A stretch of 40,978 nucleotides of DNA from Moniliella sp. 'wahieum' (GCA_003971905.1 RSEE01000090.1:248001-288978), one strand, 5' to 3'. Shown: positions 22,501 through 35,910, numbered from the stretch's first letter. Translations and numbers: made by a program. The notes: generated by a model from the letters alone, not told the origin.

Positions 22501-25500
22501 TTCACTTCTCCTCCTTCAGTAGCCATTTCAAGGGCTCACCACCCCTCTGCCCTACGAAACTTCACTGTAAGAGGATGGCGGAATGGACAACCCTAACCCA
22601 CCCAAATAGCCTAAAATGCATTTGATCGAACCGAAAGAATCCCACTTGGACACTTGGAATAGGAACCACTTGTGGCGGCCCCTATAGCGTGGGAATAGAG
22701 AGTGGTGTGGGCTTTTAGGACTCGACCAGAAATGAATTTGGCTGATATATCCTAAGCGCAAATGCAGAGGTTAAGTTAGGCACATTCAATTATAGAGAGG
22801 ATGGAAAAATGGCGCGCAACGCTACCGTCATCATACGTGCCTTTAAAGCTGCGTGTGCCGGGATCTTGGGTTTATCCCAGGCAAACCCCGCAGCCGTGTT
22901 GGCTGGCTGTGTGAGCTTTTGGAGGGCCCTCTTGATCGCCATGCCCCCTCGTATACTTCGTCCGTCTGCATCGAGCATCCCATCTCGCCTCAATAATCAT
23001 CCCTCCTCCGAAATTGGACATTACTCTACGGATCTGATCCACAATGTCCTGCCGCTCTCCGACACTTCTCCCGATGAGCGTGCTGCCCTGCTCCGACTCT
23101 CGGCCCAGTTACACTACCCTGAGGAGTCGCAGATTCCTCGAATCTCACCCCTGCAGACGCCAATGAACAAAACCTCTGCAACGAGGTTCAATATAAAGAT
23201 GACAATGGATTTCTTCCGTGCATTTGCCTTGCGCTGACCCAGCTCCCAACGCGCCACTCTTCAAGCCCAATAGGTCCATTACGCCCACGCTCCGCCCCAC
23301 ATACCCGTCCTTCCTCTCCCCCTACAGTGCACCACCGCCATGTCTTCCTAGCAGGAGCAGAATAACTGCACCAGCCTGGGAGAGATCCAAGCCAACATCC
23401 ATTCATTGGGAGCTGCTATAACGCAGGGGTCTCATACTGGTTGTGCTGAGGCGTATCTTCAACCCGCATTATTTTATTGTATGCACGTCTTACGCGGGGG
23501 CTTTGGCTTCTGGTTTCAGACATCCTTCTCTGTCTATCTAGCAGCCCCGTCTCCTCGCCATAGCTAGGGGACGCGGAACGGCAGTTTGGTTAGCTCTGTC
23601 ACGTTGGAGAGAGCTGCAGAACAGAGGAACAGAGGGTGGCTCATAGTTGGCTAGACGTACACTCCAGAGATATAGGAGAGACCGGCAGAGGTTTATATAT
23701 ACGAAATGGCGTTACCATTATGGTATAGCTCCTGCCCGTATCGTAACCTATGCATCCATTCCCATAGCCCGGGCGGAGCGCCATAAGTTGCTCCAAGGTA
23801 GATGGACATGTGTGCAGGCGACGCGCAGGCGGCATCGGTGCTGCCCTGGGAAGGCGACAGGAGGTCCTCCCACGAGCATCCGGAGGGGTGCGACTCGGCC
23901 GCGCTGCGCGGTCCAGCCGCATGGGGGTGTAGCGACGTGTTCTGTGCCAATGAGCGCGGTTAGAGCGGGGAGGTCCAGAATAAGGGTTGAACAGATCTCA
24001 TATGACTGGGCTCTGGACAAGGGTGACGAGAATGGAGGAAAGGCATGCAAGGAGCGCAAGGGGTGCAAGGAGGGGGCACGAGGCTGGACTGGAACTCACG
24101 TGCAGGCGGATCCGTTCAATTGAAGGCTGCGTCAGGCTGTGGGGTCAAACCTGCCATTCTCCGTTCGTTGGTATATGAAGAGGAGAGAAGGGTTAGATCC
24201 GCCGCTCATTCCACACCCGCCATATCTGCCGCCACTTGTCTCTTGAGGATGAATAGGACGGGGTGCTGGATGGAGGGCCCGCGTTGGCCCTGGGTATCGG
24301 GGCGAGGGAAACCCGCGTGAGATGGACTGCGCCACAGTACATTCAAGACTGTGAATGGCCTGATCGGGGGGGGGGGGGCATAGTTGTACTACCGTAACAG
24401 GTCGGATGACCCCGTAGTGCACACAGCCAGGCGCGGCAAACTTCAAATGCCCTTTGGGGTCGAAAGGACCAAAAATCATTTTTGGCTGATAAGTGTATTG
24501 GGTGCCAGAAGGGGGATGCTATTGGGGTAGGCGTGTGTCATTTGTTGTGTGGAGTGAAATGGATCCATGATGGAGTTGTTAGGATCGGGGATGAAGCTAT
24601 GAAGGTTGGTGTGGAGTACGCGGAAGTGTTAAAGTGACCCGGTTGAGGTGCTTCCAACGCTGAGGAGTCCTGTTCCACCTTAACGTTGTCGTCCTCTGCC
24701 TCACTTTTTCGCTCCCCTCGTTGTCCATCAGTTTGTTGGCTTGGCTCTCGTCGCAGCTGACACATCGGCTTTGGCTTCATCATCGGGGCTCATTGAAGTA
24801 CACGTCGTATGAGGTGTTTTCGACTGGCCTGGGTCAGGTATTGGGGTCCAAGGTGCACCAATGGTCGTTGGGGCCGGGGGCGGGAAGGGAACCTCTGCGG
24901 CTGTGGTGACAAAGGGAAGGGAGCCCAGAGGATGGGGAGGCCACTTGATCAACTCGCCCCCGGTATCTGTTGCTCATCGGAAGTGCCGAAGCAATCAGCC
25001 TCTTTGGCTCAGTGGTAAAGCATCTCACTAGTAGCTTGTGCTGCAATGAGAAGATCGGTCGTTCGATTCGGCCAAGAGGCATTTCTTTTGCATTGTTGTT
25101 TCCTAACTGGGCTGCGAGTCCGAGTCGAGTTAGGGTTGTAGTCGGGAAACTGTTGTATAATTCTCCTGTCTCCTTTCTCCTGTTCGATGAGCAGCCCCAC
25201 CTCGTATCTCAGCTGGGCGCAGACGGCCGCCCAGCAATTTTAGACTCCCCGGGTCTCGTCCCAGTACCCGGCGCACGTGGCGGGCGCAAAGTGGGAAACC
25301 CTTAGTCAATTCGTAGCTCATGCGCCCTCCAACATATATGGTCAAGCGGGGACGATACTATAGACTGGTCAGCGGGGTTTAAGCTTGAAACACGCCGGAA
25401 GCTTGAAGCTTGAAGTTTGAAGCATGAAGTGATAAAGTAGACGGATGGGGATGGTTCGATGAGCACGTCGAGGGCAGGAGGAATTCTTTGAAGGAGGGGG

Positions 25501-25884
25501 GCTGTGGAGAGAGGGGTACTGTATTGGTGGGCGGCGGACAACAAGCAAAAGAGGCTGGAGATGTGGGGGAGAGGGATTACGTGATACACAGGGTACGATG
25601 CCCTGCTGAGCGGCTGTGCCTGGTCATCGATCACTGGTTACCGTCGATCACCATGCATCAGGCAGGCCTCGGCCTCCGCTGGCATCCCACCGAACTCAGC
25701 GCCCCATCGATCTCGTCTCCGCCTGAGCGGCCGAAGCAGCATCGAACATCGAGCATCCCCGCTATTTGGGAGGCCCTCAGCGCCTCAGCAGTGTCCCACA
25801 GTGCCTCAGCCCCACTGGTGGTAGCATAGTGCCAGTCTTCGATCTGCGGACGATCGTCCAGCTGCATTGGCGGCACGCCGCCGC

Positions 25885-25892
25885 TATATATA
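25885..25892 (+). promoter_or_regulatory. Putative TATA box of the S53 peptidase gene
   Basis: TATATATA in a GC-rich context ~230 bp upstream of the ATG at 26118. Confidence 0.4.
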
Positions 25893-26117
25893 GTGTAGCC
25901 GCGGTCACGGCACGGCGCCACAGGGCACATCGCCGGGTGCGTCAGCTGTCTCACCATTTCCCGCACCCAGTACCTGCATGGGATGCGCTTCTTGGTCTGG
26001 CTGGCGGACTTGGAGGGGCCTCGCTTACCGAGCTGAGCAGTCTGCATTCTTCGTTTGCGACTGCGGCGCTTCGACGACCGCTCTCTTCTAACCATCTCGT
26101 CCTCTCCTCTCCGGCTC

Positions 26118-28010
26118 ATGCCCCCCACTCTGGCCCTGCTGCTGCCAGCGTTTGCTGCTAGCTGCCTGCGCGTCCACCCACGCCGTCCTCGCGCGGCCTC
26201 TTGCGGCTAGCCCCCAGCAGCACACTTGCCGCGCAGGCAACAGTCGTCGCAGCAGCCGTGGGTGCACACTGGAAGCGCTCTCAAACGCTCGTCTCCCGCG
26301 ATGCGCCTCTCACCTTCACCATTGCCCTCCATGGCACCAACTTTAGCCAGCTAGCCGCCCACATGGAGGACATTGCTCGCCAGGGCCAAGGCAACTGGCT
26401 TTCCTCCGCCGAGCTCGCCCACTTCACGCCCCCAACCCCATCATGTCGCCCACTTAACTCCGCGCTCACCCAGACTGGTATCCCTGCTCCGCTGCCGTCT
26501 GGAGTGCCCATCAGGACCGAGTCACAGTCACGACCGACGTGGAGCACGCACGCCGGTTGTTTCCAGGTTCCCATCCGTTCCACCAATACACCAGGGCCGC
26601 CAAAGAGGGCAGTGGCATGACTCCCCACACAGTACATTCGCACCACCGATCTCGCCATCCCCAGCGACATGCACTATATCCAGCACGTTGTTGGTCTTAC
26701 CGATTTTCCTGCCTGGTCCCCAAAGCGCTTGAGTAGGGTGGTGCCACCCCTCGCGCTCCTCTGGGGTTGAGGAGGAGCCACCACTGCACCCAACCAATTT
26801 GTTTGCACAAGACCTCACGGGATGTGGTCCCAATGGACCGCTATTGATGCCTTGTGCATCCAGACCTTGTATGGGTCCGCGTCCTACACTCCCAAAGGCG
26901 GCTCGGGACTGGATGTCCTCATCATGGGCTATACAGGTGCCAATGTGAACTTGGACGATGCGACCGCGTACCTGACCCAATACTCGCCCTTTGTTCCTTC
27001 GGATACCGTCCCTATGCACCTCCTCGACGGGATCAGGGGAACGAACGATGCAGCGCAGCCTACGTTGGAAGGATCGCTGGATACCCAGATGGTCGTGGCT
27101 GCCCAAGGCTACCCTTTGAACAACACCTACCTTTACTATTCCGAGTCTAGCTCCACTTTTTCCCAATCTCTCAACTACATCTTGGACCCCCCAACCTTGA
27201 CCCAGGCTGATCAGCATCTCCTTTTCGGCCCCCGAATCTGCATTTACACTTTCTGAGGCCACCTATCTTTGTAACACGATCCAGAAGCTAACCTCACAAG
27301 GCTCAACGGTTGTGTATGTTGCTAACCCTTCTCTCTCCTTTTTTTCTTTTCTTTTATTTCCTTTGCACATAGTTACTGACGATGCTTTTGTTTGGATCAT
27401 CTCCTCGTCATCTTAGCTTTGCTGCTGGCGATGGCGGCGTAGACTCAGTCACTGGCAATACAACTTGCCCCGCAGATCAATTTTTGCCCACTATCCATCC
27501 GCTGCCCCTACGTTCTCTCTGTCGGTGCGACGGTCACCCGGACGAGGAGTGGGCAGCGAGCTGGTCTGGGGGGTTCAGTAACCTGTTCTCTTCGCCCTCT
27601 TACCAAACTAGTGCTGCACAGGACTACCGCTCCCTCTTTCCTTCAGCTACCCAAAAGACGAATACGACAGGTCGTGGGTACCCGGACGTGAGCGCGATCG
27701 GTACGCCCATCCTCGTCCTGCAAGCCGGCTCGCCTGTGACCGCATTTGGTACGTCGGCCAGCGCGCCCATCTGGGCCGCGCTGCTGTCGCTCGTGAACGA
27801 TGCCCGTCGGGCGGCTGGCTTGGGGCGCGTGGGCTTTGTCCACCCCACCCTGTATGCCAACCCGGGTGTACTGCACGACGTGCAGGCCGGACAAAATTAT
27901 GGTGTGGCTGTGGGGTGGGGTTTGCTGCGTCGGTAGGCTGGGATCCGGTTAGTGGCTTGGGCACGCCGACCAACTTGACGGGCTTGATGGAGTTGTTTGG
28001 GGTGCATTGA
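26118..28010 (+). CDS. Secreted peptidase S53 (sedolisin / tripeptidyl-peptidase-like) with activation pro-domain; intron 27314-27416
   Basis: Hydrophobic N-terminus MPPTLALLLPAFAAS; pro-domain LTFTIALHGTNFSQL...GNWLSSAELA; catalytic EGSLD, oxyanion AAGDGG, GRGYPDVSA, GTSASAP; Ca-site GWDPVSGLGTP; GTATGT...CTGAC...TAG intron. Confidence 0.93.
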
Positions 28011-28818
28011 TGTACCCCACCCCATCAGGCCGTGCTTTGGATGCCGGTTACAACTGGATGGTCGGATGGCCGAATGTGCCTACTGATGTATACACATTCC
28101 CCTCTTGTTTATTCTTTTGAGTCTCCTCTTTTTGGCATGGCCACACATCTCCCGATCCTTATCAGTCTGTTCTTCCACTATCTTGCATCTCCCCCCCCAG
28201 TTGTCATGGTTTCTTACTCTTTCCTTTTTTATCTCCCATCCACGCACTTCCCTTTCCCATGTCCTTCAATCCATCCTCCACCCTTGTCCTCCCCCGCTCC
28301 CATCGCACCCCATCCTCATTTACATCTACAATCGCATCTCTTTTCTCTCTTCAATTTTCTCTTTGGCTTTGTCCCGCTCTTTTCTCTGTTTTTCCCTTGT
28401 CTCCCATCACCACTATACTATTGCTCGTTATGCAGCCCACACGCGCGATGCTACCACCTGGCGGCCCAACACGCGAGCGCGCCTCCATCGCAGGCGGCGT
28501 GGAACTAGGGAGGTGGCCGGTGGGCAGGGGGCGACGAACAAAGGGGCACAAAGGGTTGATGAGGTGATGGGGTGGCGGGTGACAGTGACTGGTGACCGAT
28601 CGCCGCGTGGTGTCTGGTGCGGCGGGCGGGCAGTGTGGGGCTCTGTGCGGTTGGCCGCCGTGGGCTGGGCGATGGGCCAGGCCAGCCGCAAACCCACCAA
28701 CCAACCCACCTGCCACGCACAGCAACCCCACCGTCCTGGCACACCGCACTGCCCCTTGCCAGCTTCTGCCCCCTCGCCACCATCTCCCTCCTCGCCACCT
28801 TCGCCCCCCTCCCCCCCC

Positions 28819-30666
28819 ATGCCCGCCGCTGCTGCGTCGGCGTCGCCCCTCCCCCCCGACCAGGCCGAGGCGCTGCCGGCACGTGACCCCCCCGACGGCC
28901 GCTCCACCCCGGCGTGCTACCGCCCAGCCTCGCGCGCGCCTCCTACCCGCCAGGGCTCCGCCCCCCCGCCCTCCACCGCCGCACCCAGAGCGTCCACTCG
29001 CCCCGCGCCCCGCCCCCGCGCCCCGCCTCCACCGCCCTCCCGCCCCCGCCGACCCGCCCCCCGCCCAACACTCGCCACGCGCCCCCACCCCTTCCCCTAC
29101 GGCACCCCCGTCTCTCCGCGCCTCCGCCTCCGCCCAGAGAGTACTTTCCCCCTCGTCACCCCCGTCTCCACCGCCCCCGCCGCCCCCCGCCCTTGCCACC
29201 CCCATCCGCCCCCACACGCACGCGCGGCAGCTTCAGCCTCCCGCGCCGCTCCTCCGAGGCCGTCCTGCTCGGCTCCCCGCCCCCCGCGAGGAGGTACGCT
29301 GACCACCGCATCCCCCGCACCGTCCAGCTCCGCGCTCCTCGCCGCCCTGTCCTGGCCGTGCGCACCCTCGCCTGGCCTCTCCACCCTCGCGCTGCCGCCG
29401 GCCAGACCGGCCGGCGTCCATCGCCCTTTGTCGTCGTCGACCGCGCCTTTCGCGAGCCCGCACGGGCGAACGCATTTGGCGCCCGCCCTGGCTCGACGCC
29501 TACATCCCCTTTCTCATCTGGCTCCTCATTTCGCTTGCCTCCACCGCCGTCGTCCTCACCCACCCACTCTTGTATTTCTATTCTGGATCGCCTTGCACGG
29601 CTGTTGGCGCAGCTGAGCTGGGTCGGGTATGCCGCCATGGCCGGACTGATTGCGCTGACCACCACCCCCGATTCCCCTCTACTCGACCCTGGTCGTGCTG
29701 TGGCTACACGTTTGGTCTTTGGCTGGCTTTGCTACCGCCTACGTCGGTGCGCTCGGGGGCAGCGTCGCTGTGTTCTTGCCTCTCGCACTCCGGGGCCCAA
29801 TGCAGCGTCTGTTGTCCAAATCGCAAGGCCTGCAAAAGATCGTCAGGGCGATTGACAAACGACCACGCTTGCTCTTTCTCATCCGCCTGGCCCGTACCAT
29901 TTCAACTTGCTCAACACGGCCTAGCTGCCTCGCCGACGTTGACCTTGCGCACGTACACTCTCTGTACGGCGCTTGCCCTGCCCAAACTCTGGTCCACGTC
30001 GGAATTGGCGCGATGACCAAATCGTTGCGGTGTCCACCGACAACCCATCCACAGCTGTCCAGACCACACTTGGGCCAAACAGCAATGGGCATTGGCGGCG
30101 CAGCGCTCTGTGGCATCTTCGTTACCTCCTCTCCGTCGCACGACAAGCGGGGACGAACTGGATACGGAGGAGTACCATCCGCTCCAGCAGGTGCCGTCCA
30201 CCATCTGGTCCGAGGCCGATTTTCCCCCTCCCTCGGGGCTGGCATCCGCATCCGCATCCGCCACAGTCTCGACATCCGCCTCGGCATCCGCCTTGGTATC
30301 GGCAATGGCCTCTTCCTCACCACATCCTCCCCTCATCTCGGCCTCTTCCTCGCCCATCCTCCCCTCATCTCGGCCTCTTCCTCGCCCCATCCTCCCCTCA
30401 TCCCCATCTCTTCTTCCTCTCCTCTTCCCTCGGAGAAAGAGTTGGGGTTCGCGCTGGCGCCTGCGCCAGCGCCGAGCGAGACGCTCCGCCCCTCGTTCCT
30501 CTTGCATCGTCGTACCCTTCCCACACACCTTTGGCCCCCGTCAGTCTCCACCTCGGTCCAGGCCCAAGCCTCTTGCTCCTCCCCGGACTCACCCCTGTCC
30601 CCCTCCCTGGCTTCCCCCAGCGGAACAAGGAGACTCGCTTCCCCCCTCACCCACTTGTCGCAGTAG
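28819..30666 (+). CDS. TVP38: TVP38/TMEM64 family (SNARE-associated Golgi, VTT/DedA) membrane protein with disordered termini; frameshifted; stop uncertain
   Basis: ...GLIALTTTP..PL..TLVVLCGYTFGLW.GFATAYVGALGGSVAVFL...QKIVRAIDKRPRLLFLIRLA.YPFN....LAASPTLTLRTYTLCTALALPKL.VHVGIG matches the VTT-domain pattern. Confidence 0.85.
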
Positions 30667-30828
30667 CTCCAAAGTACCCCCCAAGTCTCACGCCTCTCAT
30701 GCGTCTCATGTGTCCTCCACGTGCCCCCTTGCCACGCTGGGCTCTCTGCTCGTCCAGAGTTCGGCTAGCGCTGCTCGCAAAACGAGGCAAGCTACGGTTA
30801 GGCCAGGTGGTAGCTCGCTGACAACCTC

Positions 30829-30868
30829 GATCAGGATCAGGATCAGGATCAGGATCAGGATCAGGATC
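30829..30868. repeat. (GATCAG)n microsatellite, ~6.5 copies
   Basis: Directly visible gatcaggatcaggatcaggatcaggatcaggatcaggatc. Confidence 0.95.
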
Positions 30869-31299
30869 GAGAGTGGGAATTGGACAGGCTAGAATCGAGA
30901 GTGCTTCGGTTTTTACCGTGCTCGGCTCGAGGTGGGTCAGGTGAGTCGAGTGGGTTAGGTAGGTCATGAGTCCCGTACGGGTGCGTGCTATCATAGACAG
31001 AGGGAGTGGTGCCGAGGATCATATACTATCGTTCATCCGACAGTGTCGTGCGCCGAATCCTGCCCATCGGCATGCAGCCCACGTGCTAGCCAAAACGCGG
31101 TGTGCTTCCCCGGCGTTCTTCTCTCCCCAGCCATCTTCCATCAACCCTCGGCCTCCTCCAGAGAGCACAGAGAGTGTGTATAACACTGAGCATGTCAAGA
31201 GCCAAGAGGGTAGCCCTTCCTTCTCTACGCGATGCGCGCCACTCCTCTACATTGAACTTAGTTGGGCGCGTGTAGAGGGGAATGCAGGATATCCATATA

Positions 31300-33347
31300 A
31301 ACTGAGATAGATGAGCTGATGGGCCACCAAGCAACGCGCCAAGCACCACACCAAGGTCCAACGCGCTTCACGCTACCCTGCCAACGCCACACACAGTTGG
31401 GCAAGGCGCTACGCACGATGGCCTCCAATGCTCCGTGCACGCCGGGGATACGATGCAGCGTGCGCATGCGCCAGCGCACGGTTTTCGCGGCGCTGTTGCG
31501 TCGAGTAGTGCCCGTTGCGCGTTACTGCAGCACAGTCCGAGCTGGAGCTGGAGCCAGTGGAGTTGTCTCCCCGTTGGCTGCCCAGCACAAAGTCCAAGTT
31601 GAGCACGGCGCCGAACCATCGGGAACGTGCACGTGGACCAAGCCCTGGTCGTCGGAAACCAACTGTTTGCCAGTCGCCTTGACCTGGTGCGCTTGTGCAT
31701 TCGGCAACGTCTCGTACGACAGCCCGTTCCAGGTGGTGTTGTTTGGCATCGGTACCGGGGGCCTCGAGGGTGGACAGGTACCACGTCCGGTTCGCCAGCG
31801 TAGGCAGGCTGATCCCGAACGAAACGGTGTGGTTGGAGGAAGAGGTGGTGTTGCGGGGATGGGTGTTGATCAAGGCGATGCCCGAAATGGCGTCAGCAGT
31901 ATAGATGGCATAGGCGGCCAAGCGCGGCGCGTAGCGCTGCGGCACGTCCGACGGCAGCGTAATGGGCGCGACACGCGTCGTGCACCGGTCCCCGATCAGC
32001 TGGGCCAACGCTGCAAACGCATAAAACGAGGAACGCACGTGCGGATCAGTATTGTCCATCACGACCGGCTGCCACGGCGCGCTGTACGAGGTCTGGGTCA
32101 TGTGGATCTGCACCGATCCCACCTGCACCGTCGCCGCATACAAGAACAGGTTGAACAGCCACAACGTATTCGCAAACGTGTCGGAGATGCCTTTGATCCC
32201 CTCGGGTCCGATCGAACCCATCTCACGGAGGTAGTACGGCTTGCCCGTCGCCACGGCCTGGTACGACTCCTGTTGCCACTCGTACAGCTGCGTTACCGTG
32301 TTGGGCAGCGAGAGCATCCAGTTGGACGTGATGGGGAAGTCGGACACGTGCTCGTAGTATAACTAGAGTATAGGAGATCGGATGGATCGCGCATATATGT
32401 ATCCGTGCATATACCGCACGACAAAACCACACAAAAGGTCAGTTGCCTCCCCTCTTCTCCAACCCGGCTCTCTGTGCCACGGGGAACAAACAAAACGTAC
32501 ATAATCGTGCTGCGACCAGGCCGCAACAAACATACTGTTGTTGTACCCCACTCCACTCGTGTCGCGGGTCAAGTTGGCCACGCGGTACGGGTGGCCATTC
32601 TTGTTGGCCGTGGTGGCTGTCACAGCTGCCTCAAACATGGCCGCCGGTTTGCCAGGGGCAAGAGCGCATGCTGATGGATGGCCTTGACGCGCGCAATCCA
32701 TTCAGAGCCGTACATTTCCTCCGAGTAGCCCGGCGCGCGTAATGGTTGGTCACGTACAGATCCGGCTCGTTGCCAATTTCAAACCCGACGAGCTTGACGT
32801 GCGTCAGATGCTGCAGTGCGGCACTGGCCGCCTCGACAATTCGCTCCGTCGCATCCGACCCATTGTACGCCAAGTTGAGGCCGAGCGTGATGGGCGTGTG
32901 CGGCGGCAGCCGGTCAATCGCCTGGAACAGACCCGGTCCAAAGTACAGACTGGAACTGGGCGCTGAAGAGGATGCGTTGTTCGTGTACCCGTACCCGTCC
33001 GCCGTCGCGTTCCACAACGCCATGTCGCCCGTGTTGCCCCCCAGACGCAGATGCGGCGGGGTGCCCGTCAGGTTTTGTAGGGCGGCAAGGCAGCCGTACG
33101 TCAGCGCATTCACCGAGTCGGTCCCTACAATCGCAGGCAGGTTGCTCGGCTCAATTCCCACCCCAGCGTACGACGGCAGCAGCACAGCCGATAGGTTCGC
33201 CCCGGCGTGGCTCGCCTTCGCTTGCGGCGCAAGGCTGACCCGGGTCAGATGTCGGGCGGCGGCGAGGGTGGGCAGGAGCAGGGTGGTAATGGCCAGCACG
33301 GCCAGGCGGGCGGCGCACAGCCGGGCAGGGCGAAGGGGGCGGGACAT
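31300..33347 (-). CDS. Glycoside hydrolase family 79 (beta-glucuronidase-like), secreted, hydrophobic C-terminus; intron 32363-32500; 3' end approximate
   Basis: Signal peptide LAVLAITTLLLPTLAAA; GVGIEPS; HLRLGGNTGD; FEIGNEPDLY (acid/base); AWSQHDY; YYLREMGS (nucleophile); ISDTFANTLW; PHVRSSFYA; TWNGLSYE. Confidence 0.92.
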
Positions 33348-34356
33348 GATGGGTAGAGAGCGCGTGGGGGGAGGGGCAACGGGAAGCTGGCGAGGTGGGG
33401 GCAGAGAACAGGGAGGAGAGAGGAAAGGGAGAGCGAGACAGACGATGGACAATAACATGTGCTGTGTAGGGGCATGGCCAATGATTAATGATTAATGATG
33501 CCTGGGGAATGAGAGGCGATGCATGATGCAGATGGCGTTGGGGGGCGCGAGGATCGGCACGGGGGGGAAGAGGGCGAGTGTGGGGAGGACGCGGGAGCAG
33601 CACGTCGCAGCTCCGCATGCTCGGAGGGTGCGGGGGAGCACTGAGGTCCTGAGAGGAGTGCCACAACGGGGTGAGTTATTGGGAGTTGGGAGTTGTGAGT
33701 ACCAGGGAGTCTCAGTGGCCAGGCTGAGTGGTGCGTTACTGAGTGACCGAGTGCCTGCCTTCCGAGAGGGGCGATCAGGTGGCCGGGGGCTCCGCGGGAG
33801 TGGGGCAGGAGGCCAGTGTGGGTGTGGTGGATGTGCGCTGTCGCATGTCGCGGTCGCGCCCACCTAACGTGTGTAGCAGTGCACATGCTCGCAGGCGGGT
33901 GGTTCGGCATGCTGGTCCAGGCTGCTCCCACGCCTGCTTCCCACGCGCCTCACGCATCGGCACTTCCCGCATCCATGGTGCCGTACCTCGCACGCCAGCT
34001 GGCATGGCAGCACTGTAGAAGTGTTCATCCCTCCAGCTCACCCGTTGCTCTTGGGTCGTGGCAGCAGAGCTATGCAATGCCCAGCCGGACGGCATGTTGC
34101 GCCAATGCGCGAGCAGCACTTCATCAGCACCACCCATAGCCACACCCACACCACACCCACACCCACACCCTGCTTCAGCTTCACCGGTTCACCCCAAGAC
34201 GCTCTCCTGCACATTCTTGCGGCGCAGCTTTTCTTCGGCACGCGTCGGTTGGTTAGTATAGGGTGTTTCGCGCATCGATCATCGATCATAGCAATTCGGG
34301 GGGGAGGCGGGGTAAATATTCAATTGTAAAGAGCTGTTTTTTGAGACGTGGAATCC

Positions 34357-34449
34357 TTAATCTTGGTGGCGCTTCCAAGTAACCCCCGCGAGATGAAGGG
34401 TTCCGTTCCCCTGTCCCAGCCTTAAGCTCTGTCAATGATATGGATTCAA
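34357..34449 (+). repeat. Dispersed repeat, copy A (pairs with 37598-37700)
   Basis: Shares a 37-bp identical block CCCTGTCCCAGCCTTAAGCTCTGTCAATGATATGGAT (34409-34445 = 37660-37696) and a similar 5' half TTGGTGGCGC..CCAAGTAACCCC.GC.AGATGAA. Confidence 0.9.
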
Positions 34450-34510
34450 TGTGGAAATCAACGTCTCTACTTGTTCATGGTCGCGTGTCATGTCATCAGT
34501 ACTTCTCCAT

Positions 34511-34581
34511 CCGCCTGAGCCTGCCTGAGCCTGCCTGAGCCTGCCTGAGCCTGCCTGAGCCTGCCTGAGCCTGCCTGAGCC
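34511..34581. repeat. Tandem array of the 10-mer CTGCCTGAGC, 7 copies
   Basis: Directly visible. Confidence 0.95.
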
Positions 34582-35910
34582 CCCTTTGCTCTTTCAGTTT
34601 ATTGCGGGCACAGTTGGCCATGGGGCACAAATCAGAAAAGAAGGGCCTGCCAGGCGTGCCTCTTGAGAAAGCTAGAGATCTGACATGAGAAGACTGAGAG
34701 GCGCCGGGCTGTGATGCACCGACAGCTTTTAGTTTTACGCCCGTGACCAACAGGCCAACGCACACAGATGATCACGACTAATTGACAGAGCTATAAGCAG
34801 CTGATTGGCACGAGCACCGAGGGTGGACCAAATACCGAGTGGAAGCGATGCCAGAGTGGACGTGGTGTTGGTGGTGGAGACAAGACAGGAGTGGAAGCGA
34901 ACACAGTGGAGCACAATTAAAAAAACGGATCAGAGCAACAGTGGCAGGCAGTGGCCTCTTGTGCCCAGCGTCGCACCGGAAATCCGTCTGGGGAAGGTAT
35001 CTCTCCACGTCACAACAGCTCACGTGCTTGCGCGTTTCTGGCCGTCGATCATTATCGACGGTCGCAGCACTGCCATGGGGAGCACTATAGGGCTGGGATC
35101 GCTATCAGGACCAGCGGGGCCGCGATGACGACGGTCGCTAGTAGTCTGTCCAGAGGGAGGGGCGCGCGGCGGTGCACAACTGTGATGCGTGGCTGTGGTA
35201 CTACAGGCGACGGCCGCTGTGCATCCCACTGAGTGAGTATGGCGTAGTGCTGTGAGTTGCGGACAAGGGGTTGTAGCAAAGGCAGTCGACCAGAACCTTG
35301 CGTTTTTGCCCCACACCAGCGCATTCGACAACGCAGCGCCGTCGCAGCCGTCGCAGCCGTCGCGCCCCCAATCGGTGACCGTGATCGACGTGATCCATGA
35401 TCGTGGAACACAGTCGCACCGTGCCTGGCCAGTAACGTCGACGTGTGACGCGTGACGTGTGAGGGCGGCGTCACGTGTGGCGCTGGACACAAAAGGGATG
35501 CAGATCGCAGGGGCAGGCTGGTGCGGTGCGGCGCAGCGCATCCAACCAATGACCGCCTAGGTGCCCGCACCAAGGCACTCTCGCCCCTCCTATCCCGCGC
35601 GCCGCAGCTGCAGCAGGTCGCATTGGCCCGATGCAGGGGGCAGTGCAGACGCGTGGAGATGCCTGCCACCCATCCACTGCTGTTCTACGCCACCGCCCCT
35701 GTGCTGCCGCCCCTCCCCTCCACGCCGTGGACACTGCCCCCACGCCCCTCCGCCCTGCTGCTCACCGCCAAGCCGACCCACCTCCGTTCAGCGTTCGCTC
35801 ACCGACAGCCAGCACCCTCCTTTGTTATTATCGCCCCCGGCCGCGTCCGCCTGCCCTCCTCTCCCCCCTCCTCCATCTCCACCGTTTCTCCGTTTCTCCA
35901 TCCGACCACC

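Noticed and set aside
22809..23237. 142-aa plus-strand ORF in the low-GC block
   Set aside because: No recognisable domain; probably a decayed repeat fragment, not supportable as a gene.
16437..25427. GAAGCTTGAAGCTTGAAG at both sides of the transposon block as element termini or TSD
   Set aside because: It belongs to the window-wide TGA-plus-palindrome heptamer class and does not coincide with the composition shift near 17.5 kb; no TIR/TSD structure could be shown.
28105..29616. 503-aa ORF upstream of and overlapping TVP38
   Set aside because: The first part translates pyrimidine-rich intergenic DNA and the rest is a frame of the low-complexity TVP38 N-terminus.
31319..32362. 347-aa plus-strand ORF
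   Set aside because: Antisense shadow of the GH79 gene.
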